Source: Promethearchaeota archaeon
GTDB taxonomy: Archaea; Asgardarchaeota; Lokiarchaeia; Sigyniarchaeales; SOKP01
Length of the DNA stretch: 64,000 nt
Direction of reading: 5' to 3'
Assembly (NCBI GenBank): GCA_030599585.1
Contig: JAUVNS010000010.1
Coordinates: forward strand, 96,001-160,000
The number at the start of each line of letters is the position of its first letter. The first letter of the stretch is position 1. This document shows, one piece after another, positions 30,380 to 39,598 of this stretch. The notes below the pieces were generated by a model that did no database searches, had not been told where the DNA came from, and worked only from the letters and a program-made list of their open reading frames with translations. A program made the translations under genes and the position numbers.

Positions 30380-33300
30380 ATGCTTGAGCTAGAAAATGTA
30401 ATAAATAATTCTAAGAAGAAATTAGGATCATTAAGGGAAAAATTAATCGGAGATAATAACCAAGGTAGAGATAATTCAAATATAATTAATGATCTTGATG
30501 AAATCATATCTGAACTAACAGCGTCTTTAGACTCAAAAATTGAAGATCAAGATGTAACAGAGCAAAAACAAATTCAAATGGAATTACATGAAAGTGAAAG
30601 CCTTCTCAAAAATGCTCAAGAATTAGCACATATTAGTCATTGGAAGCTTGATCCTTCAACTATGGAGGTGTCTGGTTCTGATGAGTTATTCAAAATTTTT
30701 GGTCTTACTCACGATGAGGCGACACTTGAACAATTTGCTGAGGTTGTTCACCCCGACGATAGAGAAATGGACTTGTATCATATAAGAAGAGGTATGGAAA
30801 AAGGTGAAAGTTGGGATATTGAACATCGGGTGATCTCTAAGGACGGTACAGAAAAGTGGGTACACGCTTTAGGTGAAGCAATCAAAGATGATGACGGTAA
30901 AATCATCATGTTGATGGGCACTGTACAGGATATTACAGAGCGCAGAAAAATAATGGAAGAGCTTCGTATAAAAGATCTAGTTTTCAATGCTTCTCTTTCT
31001 GCTCAAAGTACAGCAGATATAAATGGAATAATTGATTTTGTAAACCCCGCATTTTTAGAACTGTGGGGTTATAAATCAAAAGAAGAAGCAATTGGGGGTT
31101 CAGTTGGTAGTTTTTTTGCTAATCCTGACGATGCAGTTCCTATCCTTAAAGTACTTACTGAGACGGGGAAGTGGGAAGGCGAATTTTTAGCGAAAAGATG
31201 TGATGGTTCGACATTTCTTTCACAAGGGTTTGCTTCAACCATGTATAATGAAAATGGTGACCAGATTGGATTTCAATCAATAAATCTTAATATTACAAAA
31301 CGCAAAGAAGTTGAACAAAAACTAAAAGAATCCGAAGAAAAATTTAGATTATTATTTGAATCTATTGCGGACCCTATCCATGTCATTGATGCAGATTTAA
31401 AGATTATTTATTTTAATCCCGCTTTTGAAAGATGGTTAAAATCATTTAACTTGGATTTAAATATTATTGGAAGAACTCCCGTTGAAGCATGGCCCTTTAT
31501 TGGAGAGAGGGTATATGGTGAATACCAAGAAATCTTTAAAACTAAAAAAATACACATTAAAGAAGATTGGGCCCATTTTAATGATATTCATACCTTTACC
31601 GAAACTAGAAAAATACCCATTCTTAAGTCTGGGAATGTTTTTCAAGTAATTACTATTATAAGAGATTTTTCTGAGCGAAAAAAAGCTGAACAAAAGTTAA
31701 AAGAATCGGAAGAAAATTTTCGAAAACAAAATGTATTTCTTAACAATATTTTAGAATCCCTCACGCATCCGCTCTATGTTATAAATGTTAAGGATTATAC
31801 AATAGCATTAGCTAATTCTACCGCTTCTTCTGAAGGTTTAGAACATGGGCAATATTGTTATAACCTTACTCATAATAGTAATAAGCCATGTGAAGCTCCT
31901 TGTATATGTCCACTTAATGTAGTGAAAAATACTAAAAAAGTTTGCGTAGTAGAACATAAACATTACGATCAAGAGGGAAATGAGAAAACTTATGAAATCT
32001 ATGGATATCCAATTCTAAATGAGAACGGAAATGTCGTCCAAATGATAGAATACGCATTAAACATTACCGATCGCAAGATAGCACAACAGGAATTAAAAGA
32101 ATCCGAAAGAAAATATCGTGGATTCGTGAATAATATTTCAGATATTATATTTGAAATTGATATAAAAGGTAAATGTTCATATGTTAGTCATCAATTGTTT
32201 GATATTTCGGGATTTTTTCCAGAGGAAATGGTCGGTCAAAATGTTTTTAAATTTGTGCATCCCGATGATCTATTTGGGGTCGCTGAGGAGGTTAAAATAG
32301 CCTTTAATTCCGAGGATAATCGCTATATTGAGTTCAGATTGCGACATAAAGACGGTCATTATGTTTCAGTATCTTCTAGGTTTAGTACGACAATAATAGG
32401 AGAAAAACGAAAACTCACGGGAGTTCTCGTGAATATGACAGAAAGAAAGAAAGCAAACCAAAAATTAAAAGAGTCAGAGGAATTCTTTAGAACAATTACC
32501 GAACAATCTCTTTTAGGAGTAATAATAATACAAGATAGAATTATAAAATACGTCAATGACATCGCTCTAAATTATTCTGGTTATTCTAGAGATGAAGTTA
32601 TAAATTTGCCTGAAACCCAAATATTGAAATTTATCTACACTGAAGATCGAGATATAATTAACCAGACTTTAATTGATCCTAATCCTAATATGGTATTTAG
32701 AATAATAACTAAAGAGGGAAATACTAAATGGATTGATATTCATACTAAAACAATTTACTATAAAGGTAAAGAGGCATATTTATCTGCATTCTTAGATATA
32801 ACAGAAAAAAAAGAAGCAGAAAATCTTATTAAAGATGAAATCACAAAATTGAAAGAATTGGATGAACTTAAGAATGAGTTTGTTTATAGAGCGTCTCACG
32901 AATTAAAAACACCTTTAAATTCAATAGTGAGTGCATCCTCCTTATTAATTGATAGTTATCAAGATTTTTTCGATGAAAGAGTTTATGGACTAATAAATGT
33001 CATCAATAAAGGAGGAAAAATATTAGATGAATTAATTGGAGATTTACTGGATGTGTCGAGAATAGATTCAGAAAAATTAACGATTAAAAAAAAAAAAGAG
33101 AATATTGTGGAGATTATTAGAAATTGTACTCAAGAAATGATATTTTTGATTAATAAGCGTAATTTAAATATTGAATTTAAATATTTGGATAAGAAAATCT
33201 ATATGAAAATAGACAAGAAAAGATTCGAACAGGTTATTCTAAATATATTATCAAATTCAATTAAGAATACGCCATCTGAAGGAAGTATTTCATTCAATAT

Positions 33301-33562
33301 AAAATCAGAGAAGAAATTTATAGATATATCCATTACTGATACTGGAGTCGGCTTTACAAAGAAAGAGAAAGAGAAGTTATTCCAAAAGTTTGGAAAAATT
33401 GAAAGGCATGGTAAGGGAATGGACATTATATCAGAAGGAACAGGTTTAGGCTTATATATTTCAAAAGAAATTGTTGAATTACATGGGGGAGAAATTTGGG
33501 TTGAATCTAAAGGAAGAAACAAAGGATCTACTATTGTAATAAGATTACCATATAAAAAATAA
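30380..33562 (+). CDS. Cytoplasmic multi-PAS histidine kinase (~6 PAS/PAC)
   Basis: PAS repeats; SHELKTPL; DTGVG and GTGLGL. Confidence 0.95.
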   Translation: MLELENVINNSKKKLGSLREKLIGDNNQGRDNSNIINDLDEIISELTASLDSKIEDQDVTEQKQIQMELHESESLLKNAQELAHISHWKLDPSTMEVSGSDELFKIFGLTHDEATLEQFAEVVHPDDREMDLYHIRRGMEKGESWDIEHRVISKDGTEKWVHALGEAIKDDDGKIIMLMGTVQDITERRKIMEELRIKDLVFNASLSAQSTADINGIIDFVNPAFLELWGYKSKEEAIGGSVGSFFANPDDAVPILKVLTETGKWEGEFLAKRCDGSTFLSQGFASTMYNENGDQIGFQSINLNITKRKEVEQKLKESEEKFRLLFESIADPIHVIDADLKIIYFNPAFERWLKSFNLDLNIIGRTPVEAWPFIGERVYGEYQEIFKTKKIHIKEDWAHFNDIHTFTETRKIPILKSGNVFQVITIIRDFSERKKAEQKLKESEENFRKQNVFLNNILESLTHPLYVINVKDYTIALANSTASSEGLEHGQYCYNLTHNSNKPCEAPCICPLNVVKNTKKVCVVEHKHYDQEGNEKTYEIYGYPILNENGNVVQMIEYALNITDRKIAQQELKESERKYRGFVNNISDIIFEIDIKGKCSYVSHQLFDISGFFPEEMVGQNVFKFVHPDDLFGVAEEVKIAFNSEDNRYIEFRLRHKDGHYVSVSSRFSTTIIGEKRKLTGVLVNMTERKKANQKLKESEEFFRTITEQSLLGVIIIQDRIIKYVNDIALNYSGYSRDEVINLPETQILKFIYTEDRDIINQTLIDPNPNMVFRIITKEGNTKWIDIHTKTIYYKGKEAYLSAFLDITEKKEAENLIKDEITKLKELDELKNEFVYRASHELKTPLNSIVSASSLLIDSYQDFFDERVYGLINVINKGGKILDELIGDLLDVSRIDSEKLTIKKKKENIVEIIRNCTQEMIFLINKRNLNIEFKYLDKKIYMKIDKKRFEQVILNILSNSIKNTPSEGSISFNIKSEKKFIDISITDTGVGFTKKEKEKLFQKFGKIERHGKGMDIISEGTGLGLYISKEIVELHGGEIWVESKGRNKGSTIVIRLPYKK

Positions 33563-33569
33563 ACTTAAA

Positions 33570-34274
33570 TTAGTTAAGATACTCAAAAAGATGGTTAAAG
33601 TCGGTAAAATTAAAGGGCTTACGCAAATATCCTTCTGCTCCTGTATCTTCAATTCTTTTACTAACTTCAGATTCAGGAATTGCTGTAATATAAAAAATTG
33701 GAATCCCCTTTAATTTATCATTTAATTTGATTTGTTTGCATATTTCATATCCGCTAATATCTGGCAAAATAATATCTAATAGGATTATGCTTGGGGCTGA
33801 TCTGTTTAATTCTTCTAAACCTTTTTTACCAGTTGTCACTCCGATGGATGAGAATCCCTTAATATCAAAATAATCTGTTAAAACCATAATTGTAGATGTA
33901 TCATCTTCAATGATCAATACATCATAAGACATAGTTTCCGGCTCAATTTCACCTATAATGTCATTAATTTTATTTTCAAGGAATATGCTTTTACTATAGA
34001 TTTCTTTTATTCTCAATAACATATTTGGATCTAATTTCTCAGCTTCATTTTCAAGAATTAGTTGTGAAAAACCTTTAATTGAAGTTAATGGCTCCTTTAA
34101 ATCATGAGTAAATTTAGATATATTATCAATAAGACTAATTCTAGATTTAGAACCAATATAAAAATTCACAGCTTTCCTAATTAGCATAGAAATTGTTGTA
34201 AATTCATTATCGTCAACAAAAGTTTGCCAATTAGTTTTGGTTTCTTCTGAAACGAGAATACCGATTCTTTTCAT
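33570..34274 (-). CDS. RHH-like + HisKA + receiver domain protein
   Basis: N-terminal KRIGILVS...ISMLIRKAV; THDLKEPLTSIKGF; REC with EDD, LLDIILP, ITA, KP; no HATPase. Confidence 0.8.
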   Translation of the reverse strand: MKRIGILVSEETKTNWQTFVDDNEFTTISMLIRKAVNFYIGSKSRISLIDNISKFTHDLKEPLTSIKGFSQLILENEAEKLDPNMLLRIKEIYSKSIFLENKINDIIGEIEPETMSYDVLIIEDDTSTIMVLTDYFDIKGFSSIGVTTGKKGLEELNRSAPSIILLDIILPDISGYEICKQIKLNDKLKGIPIFYITAIPESEVSKRIEDTGAEGYLRKPFNFTDFNHLFEYLN

Positions 34275-34364
34275 GTCGTCTGTTTTTTTATCATTCTTAG
34301 AAATTATTATCTCACTTCCTAAGGTATCCGTATTTATATAATTCTTTTTCTTAATTAAAAAGTT

Positions 34365-35327
34365 TCACAATAGATTTGAAATGCAACTCGTAAATAGCTC
34401 ATCTACACCCTCACCAGTAAAAGCTGAAGTTTCGTAATATGAAAAGTTATTGCGATAAGATAAATCTAATGCACTACTCTGAATCGATTCTCTATCATTT
34501 ATTAAATCGATTTTATTCCCTACTAAGTAGTAATTAGTTTGGGGGGTTTTTATAAAATTTCTCGCCTCTTCAATCCATTCATTTATATTTTCAAGAGTAG
34601 TAAGTTTCGAGTAATCGAATAAAATAATCACAACTTTAGCATCTTGATAATAATGCTTTCGAACTTTTTTAAAACTCTTAAGACCACCCATATCAAATAT
34701 CTGGAAATCTATACTCATATTTTTAGTGATTTCAAAAGATCTTTTGTTAACTGAAAGCCCTATTGTAGGTATATAGTTATTTCCAGTTTTACCTTTAAGA
34801 TACATATCAACTAAAGATGTTTTTCCTACTGAATCTGATCCAATTATGACAATTTTGTTAGGCTTTGAAAATGAAGAGGAATGATCATCAAAAATAATAT
34901 TACCATTTCCATTAATTTTTGGAAGCTCAATTGATGTTTCTATATTATTCAAAATATTAGATGCCTTTTCAGCAACGAGGTAGGAATATGGAATGAAATC
35001 ATTCAAATTAGAATATGGATCTGTAACCATAACAAACAATCCCTGATTATTTATACCCATTTCAACATAAAACAATTGATATTCATTCATATGAATAGTT
35101 CCACTCCCTAAAGAGATCTCTGCGTATTTCTTCATTTTTTCCAGGTTTTCTTCCACAATACTAATAATGACCTCAAAAATTTCTTCTTTGAATCCTTTAT
35201 TTGATTGTTGAGCCATTATCAGGCCATTTGAATCAACAATAAGAACTGCTATAAGATCCTTTATTTCTTTAACCAAATTATTTAGCAATTCGTTTAGTAA
35301 ATTCGTTTTTGACACAATTACAGACAT
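34365..35327 (-). CDS. Roadblock/LC7 domain fused to Rab/Ras-like small GTPase
   Basis: LIAVLIVDSNGLIMA roadblock start; G1 GSDSVGKTS, G2 PTIG, G3 DMGG, G4 NKID, G5 ETSA. Confidence 0.9.
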   Translation of the reverse strand: MSVIVSKTNLLNELLNNLVKEIKDLIAVLIVDSNGLIMAQQSNKGFKEEIFEVIISIVEENLEKMKKYAEISLGSGTIHMNEYQLFYVEMGINNQGLFVMVTDPYSNLNDFIPYSYLVAEKASNILNNIETSIELPKINGNGNIIFDDHSSSFSKPNKIVIIGSDSVGKTSLVDMYLKGKTGNNYIPTIGLSVNKRSFEITKNMSIDFQIFDMGGLKSFKKVRKHYYQDAKVVIILFDYSKLTTLENINEWIEEARNFIKTPQTNYYLVGNKIDLINDRESIQSSALDLSYRNNFSYYETSAFTGEGVDELFTSCISNLL

Positions 35328-35365
35328 GATCCTTAACCTATGTAATGTTTTTGTTATATTAATTA

Positions 35366-36019
35366 TTAATTAACAGCTATTTCTAATTTTTCAAAAAATT
35401 TATCAAGAGTCTCAACTGAGGGAATAAAACAAAAGGTTCCGTAGAAATCTAAATCTTCAATAATCAACTTTGTTTTAATCAGTAACATAAAATCTAAATT
35501 TTCTGAACACATTGCTAAAAACTCATTAATTATTGCTCCTAATTTATCGAAAGCTAAGATGGGAACATCTGGAATATATTTAGTAGATAACAAGTTAGCA
35601 AGTGCACTAGTATAATGCCCTGCTAAAATATTACCAATTTCTACAATTAAACTGATAGTATATTCATCAAAATCATCTAAATTTGTTATCTCAACTCTCT
35701 TCTGTTTATTTTGTTCTGATAAAATGTCTATTAAATTGAAGATACTTTTTTTTGTGAAAATTTGTAAAATATTAAGATTAGTTTCCGCTTTAACGATTGA
35801 ATTTATTCCAAATACATCTGTATTAGAGCCCCCCAATTTATCACTTAATTTCCAAATGGGAATAATCTCGGCCGAAGTTAGAGAAACTTCTATTCTTTTG
35901 TCTAATAATTGCGATAAAGCGGTTATTGCATTACCGGATCCAATATTCCCAATCTCCATTAGAGTATCAATTTGGTATTGAGTCAATCGAAAATTTTCTT
36001 CTTCAGAATATCTTAACAT
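35366..36019 (-). CDS. cheC: CheY-P phosphatase CheC
   Basis: Two ExGN motifs (EIGNIGSGNA, EIGNILAG). Confidence 0.92.
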   Translation of the reverse strand: MLRYSEEENFRLTQYQIDTLMEIGNIGSGNAITALSQLLDKRIEVSLTSAEIIPIWKLSDKLGGSNTDVFGINSIVKAETNLNILQIFTKKSIFNLIDILSEQNKQKRVEITNLDDFDEYTISLIVEIGNILAGHYTSALANLLSTKYIPDVPILAFDKLGAIINEFLAMCSENLDFMLLIKTKLIIEDLDFYGTFCFIPSVETLDKFFEKLEIAVN

Positions 36020-36118
36020 TTCTTAAAAATCCCTCATCTTTTATCACTAATTGTTAATTTTTTAAGCTCATTAATTGAGTGTGATTATTTCAATCTTTTT
36101 TTTAATTAAACATTATTT

Positions 36119-36724
36119 TTATAATAATTTTCTATAATATTCCTCGCCTGTTGGTTTCACATAAACGCTATTATCTTTTGTATCATAAATGATAATTCTA
36201 CCTCTTTTACCGCCGATATCTTTTCTAATAATCCTAATCTTAAGTCGTTCTAATTCAGATTTAACTACTTTTATGTTTTCTGCACCAATATCATTAAAAT
36301 GGTTTTGAAAAATTTTTGATCCCCCAACCATAACAGCTTTTATATTTTGACTTTCAGCTCCCTGATTAATCATATTTTTTACTAGATCCTTTACAGAACA
36401 GTCAGCAAATTTATGTGGACGTTTTATTTTTATATTATCCTTTATGTGATCTGAATGAGGGAGTAATATGTGAGACATTGCATAAATTTTATTTTGTAAA
36501 TCATAAAGAATTAACGCTATGCATGAACCTAACCCATATATTATTATTTTCGTTTGACTTATATACAATTTTGAATCAGAATTAATCAAAACATAATGAG
36601 CTATATGTAAAACTATCTCTCCTTTTCTATCTCCTTCAGTGATACAATCATTACGGTTTATGGAAGCAATTCCAATATTATTACTAAAAGATATCAGTTC
36701 ATTAGACATAGCTTTAATTTCCAT
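36119..36724 (-). CDS. cheD: Chemoreceptor glutamine deamidase CheD
   Basis: GLGSCIA, SHILLP, KFAD, IGAEN, DIGG..GR motifs. Confidence 0.92.
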   Translation of the reverse strand: MEIKAMSNELISFSNNIGIASINRNDCITEGDRKGEIVLHIAHYVLINSDSKLYISQTKIIIYGLGSCIALILYDLQNKIYAMSHILLPHSDHIKDNIKIKRPHKFADCSVKDLVKNMINQGAESQNIKAVMVGGSKIFQNHFNDIGAENIKVVKSELERLKIRIIRKDIGGKRGRIIIYDTKDNSVYVKPTGEEYYRKLL

Positions 36725-37859
36725 ATTTTTTATCGAATTTTAATATGTAATTTTTAATCATACTATTTGGAGTTATAATTTGTGCTGCCCCACTTTCAGC
36801 AGCTACTTTTGGCATACCGTACACGATGCTCGTTTCTTTCGACTCTGCTATGGTCAAACCACCTTTTGATTTAATAGCTTTTAATCCTGCAACCCCATCA
36901 TTTCCTATACCTGTTAAAATGATACCTAATGCACGTTTTTTGAAAACTCGAGCTGCTGAAAAGAACAAAGGATCTGCCGAAGGTATACAATAATTTATTG
37001 GTTGTCCATCAAATGTTCTTATATAGGGTTTATTATTTTTAACTACAATTTCCGTGTGTTTTCCCCCTGGAGCGAGATAAACAATTCCGGAATTAATTTT
37101 TTCTCCATTTTTAGCTAATGTTACATCCAAATCAGTGTAATCATTTAAGGATTCAGCTAATTGTACCATAAATTGTTCATTCAAATGTTGGACAATTAAA
37201 ATCGGACTGTTTATTCCTTTTGGAATTTGGCTCAAAATTAATCTTAAAGTTTTAGGACCTCCAACACTAGTAGCAATAACAATAATATTAAATTTAAATT
37301 TGTCAATATCGACTTTATTTACTTTTTCCATACCAACTTTATCAAATGGTGGAATTTTTGGTTTTTGAACATAAGCTTTAATTTTTTCAGATTTTTGCTG
37401 ATTCTGATTCTTAAGTGAGGCATCGGGAAAATCCTTAATTGCTTTAGATTTATCTATCTTCTTGGATTTAGAAGCAAGTAGTACTTTTGAAATTAGTTCT
37501 TCTTTAAATTTTGGAAGTTCCACCTTCCAGACACCTCCTGGTTTAATAATATAATCAAAAGCTCCTAAGAGTAGTGCTTGAACAGATGCATCTAAAGTAA
37601 TTGGGTCTAATACTGAAAAGACAATTGTAGGTATGGGATAAATTTTCATGATTTGCTTAAAAGCTGCTAATCCATCCATCCTAGGCATTAAAATGTCAAG
37701 AAGTAGTACATCAGGCTTGAATTCTATCACTTTTTCAACTGCTTCTATACCATCTCGTGCTACATATACCACTTCAATCTCTTCATGCTCTGACAGCATT
37801 TCTGAGATGATTTTCCTCTGAAATGATGAATCATCTGCTATTAATACTTTTACAGTCAT
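36714..37859 (-). CDS. cheB: Chemotaxis methylesterase CheB (REC + esterase)
   Basis: N-terminal REC; TSVGG, VQH and LTGIGNDG catalytic motifs. Confidence 0.95.
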   Translation of the reverse strand: MTVKVLIADDSSFQRKIISEMLSEHEEIEVVYVARDGIEAVEKVIEFKPDVLLLDILMPRMDGLAAFKQIMKIYPIPTIVFSVLDPITLDASVQALLLGAFDYIIKPGGVWKVELPKFKEELISKVLLASKSKKIDKSKAIKDFPDASLKNQNQQKSEKIKAYVQKPKIPPFDKVGMEKVNKVDIDKFKFNIIVIATSVGGPKTLRLILSQIPKGINSPILIVQHLNEQFMVQLAESLNDYTDLDVTLAKNGEKINSGIVYLAPGGKHTEIVVKNNKPYIRTFDGQPINYCIPSADPLFFSAARVFKKRALGIILTGIGNDGVAGLKAIKSKGGLTIAESKETSIVYGMPKVAAESGAAQIITPNSMIKNYILKFDKKYGN

Positions 37860-37875
37860 AATCTAACAAAATTGG

Positions 37876-38919
37876 TTATCTAATCTTTAAATATATATGA
37901 TTTCGGGCATCTACTAATTTGAAATTACTGTAATTATTAAAAAGGGTCTCAGTTTTACCCAAAATTAGTAACCCCCCTAATTCTAAATGTCTATCGATTA
38001 TTTTAAGGAAACTATCACGATTTTCTCTATTAAAATATATTAAAAGATAACGACATAATATGATATCATATTTCCATCTATTCTGATGCCCTTTTGTTAT
38101 ATCTTCACAGAAAAAATCTACTTTTCTTTTAATGTCCTCAGTTAAAATATATTTATTTCCAAAATATTCATTTTCCTTACTAAAATATCTTTTTTCGAAG
38201 TACTTTGAAGTCTCTTTAACTGAATCATCATTATATACGGCTTTGTGTGCTTTATCAATTGCCAACTTATCTATATCAGAAGCAACAATTTTGTATTGAG
38301 GGAATGATTTAATTTGTTTTTCAAGATTATTCAGAATCATAGCTATCGTATAAGGCTCTTCACCAGTAGCACATGGACAGGACCATATTTTAATTGATTT
38401 ATTATTTAATTTAGGATTGTTTATTTTTTTATAGAGTGATGTCTCTTTTACGTAATATTTATTTTGTACAAGGTAACGATTTGAGTTTAACCTTTTGCTT
38501 GAAATTCCTTTAATTGAAGACTTGTTAACTTTTTCCTTATTTTTTTGTTCATTTTTGTTCTTTTTTTTTATTTTTGATGGATCGGGTTTAAAATCATAAA
38601 ATAAAGTATTATTTCTAGAATTAAAACACTCAATAAATATATTATTTAATCGTTCAAACAAATCCCAGTTTCTAAAGAAGTAAGTATAATTTATACTAAA
38701 TCGATTAAAAAAAATTTCTAATTCTTTCGGATTAGAATTTATATAACTGTAATACTCTTCTATTGATTTGCATTTTACGCGTATCATTCTAGCTTTTATC
38801 CTCCTTTCAATAAAATTTCTTCTGTAATAGTCGAAATTTAATTTTGTCTCTTGATGTAATAAGCTAATTAACTTCTTATAGGGATTTTCCTTTATTTTTA
38901 TTTGATCAAATGTTAGTAT
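37876..38919 (-). CDS. cheR: Chemotaxis methyltransferase CheR (start extended beyond ORF-track ATG 38787)
   Basis: INYTYFFR, IWSCPCATGEEPY, ASDID, DIILCRYLLIYF. The open frame upstream of 38787 encodes the CheR N-domain (KLNFDYYRRNFIERRIKARM); exact start uncertain. Confidence 0.88.
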   Translation of the reverse strand: MLTFDQIKIKENPYKKLISLLHQETKLNFDYYRRNFIERRIKARMIRVKCKSIEEYYSYINSNPKELEIFFNRFSINYTYFFRNWDLFERLNNIFIECFNSRNNTLFYDFKPDPSKIKKKNKNEQKNKEKVNKSSIKGISSKRLNSNRYLVQNKYYVKETSLYKKINNPKLNNKSIKIWSCPCATGEEPYTIAMILNNLEKQIKSFPQYKIVASDIDKLAIDKAHKAVYNDDSVKETSKYFEKRYFSKENEYFGNKYILTEDIKRKVDFFCEDITKGHQNRWKYDIILCRYLLIYFNRENRDSFLKIIDRHLELGGLLILGKTETLFNNYSNFKLVDARNHIYLKIR

Positions 38920-38930
38920 TTTCGATCACC

Positions 38931-39467
38931 TTAACTTTCGAGTATTTTATCAATCCTAACAATTCTTCTTTCAATATGTTCGAATGAATATTTTATATGT
39001 AATTGAATCTCTCTTATTTCTGATATTATCTTCTTAATTTGAGATTTCTCAGATTTTGATAACCTAAATTCTGCTTGATTGTTATAAATTTTATTTAATG
39101 GAGTTCTATCCTTCAAGATCTGCTCCTTAACCATACTCTTTCTTGATTGCCCTGGATAATCTAAATCTTGATTCCTATCGTTAATTTCTTCTAAAATAGT
39201 TTTGAAGTCTTCAGGCTCATGATTTTGTTTAATTACTTCATATTTAAATTTATAAAAATCTTTCTTACTCTTTAATTTTCCCGCCCAGTTTGCCGCAATA
39301 TATCGATGGAATAAGCGAGAATTACGACCGGCCCATATCCAGATAAGGTTTAAGTTTTTATCTATAACTAAATAAACACCATCATCCCCAAAAAGTTGAT
39401 CAGGTGCTTTTGTCAAAGTCTCTCCAATAACTTGATAAGTGGAATCATAATAACTGGATTTTACCAT
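38931..39467 (-). CDS. Single gelsolin-like domain protein with C-terminal coiled coil
   Basis: DDGVYLVID...IWIWAGRNS...IAANWA...VIKQNHEPEDF follows the gelsolin-repeat consensus (GDVFILD..IYVWVG..S...A......V.EG.EP..F). Confidence 0.75.
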   Translation of the reverse strand: MVKSSYYDSTYQVIGETLTKAPDQLFGDDGVYLVIDKNLNLIWIWAGRNSRLFHRYIAANWAGKLKSKKDFYKFKYEVIKQNHEPEDFKTILEEINDRNQDLDYPGQSRKSMVKEQILKDRTPLNKIYNNQAEFRLSKSEKSQIKKIISEIREIQLHIKYSFEHIERRIVRIDKILES

Positions 39468-39598
39468 TATTTTTACCTCCTTTAGCCAAATATCTTCTCT
39501 TGAATAAATTTTATTTATTACTATTTTGATCGTCTAAACTATAAAAAAAAATTTAGAAAGATAATTATTCATCATGGGACCTTATCTTTATTATTGCT

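Noticed and set aside
19616-33522. Many antisense ORFs within the kinases, some similar to each other
   Set aside because: Shadows of the duplicated PAS modules; the same applies to other short nested ORFs in the track
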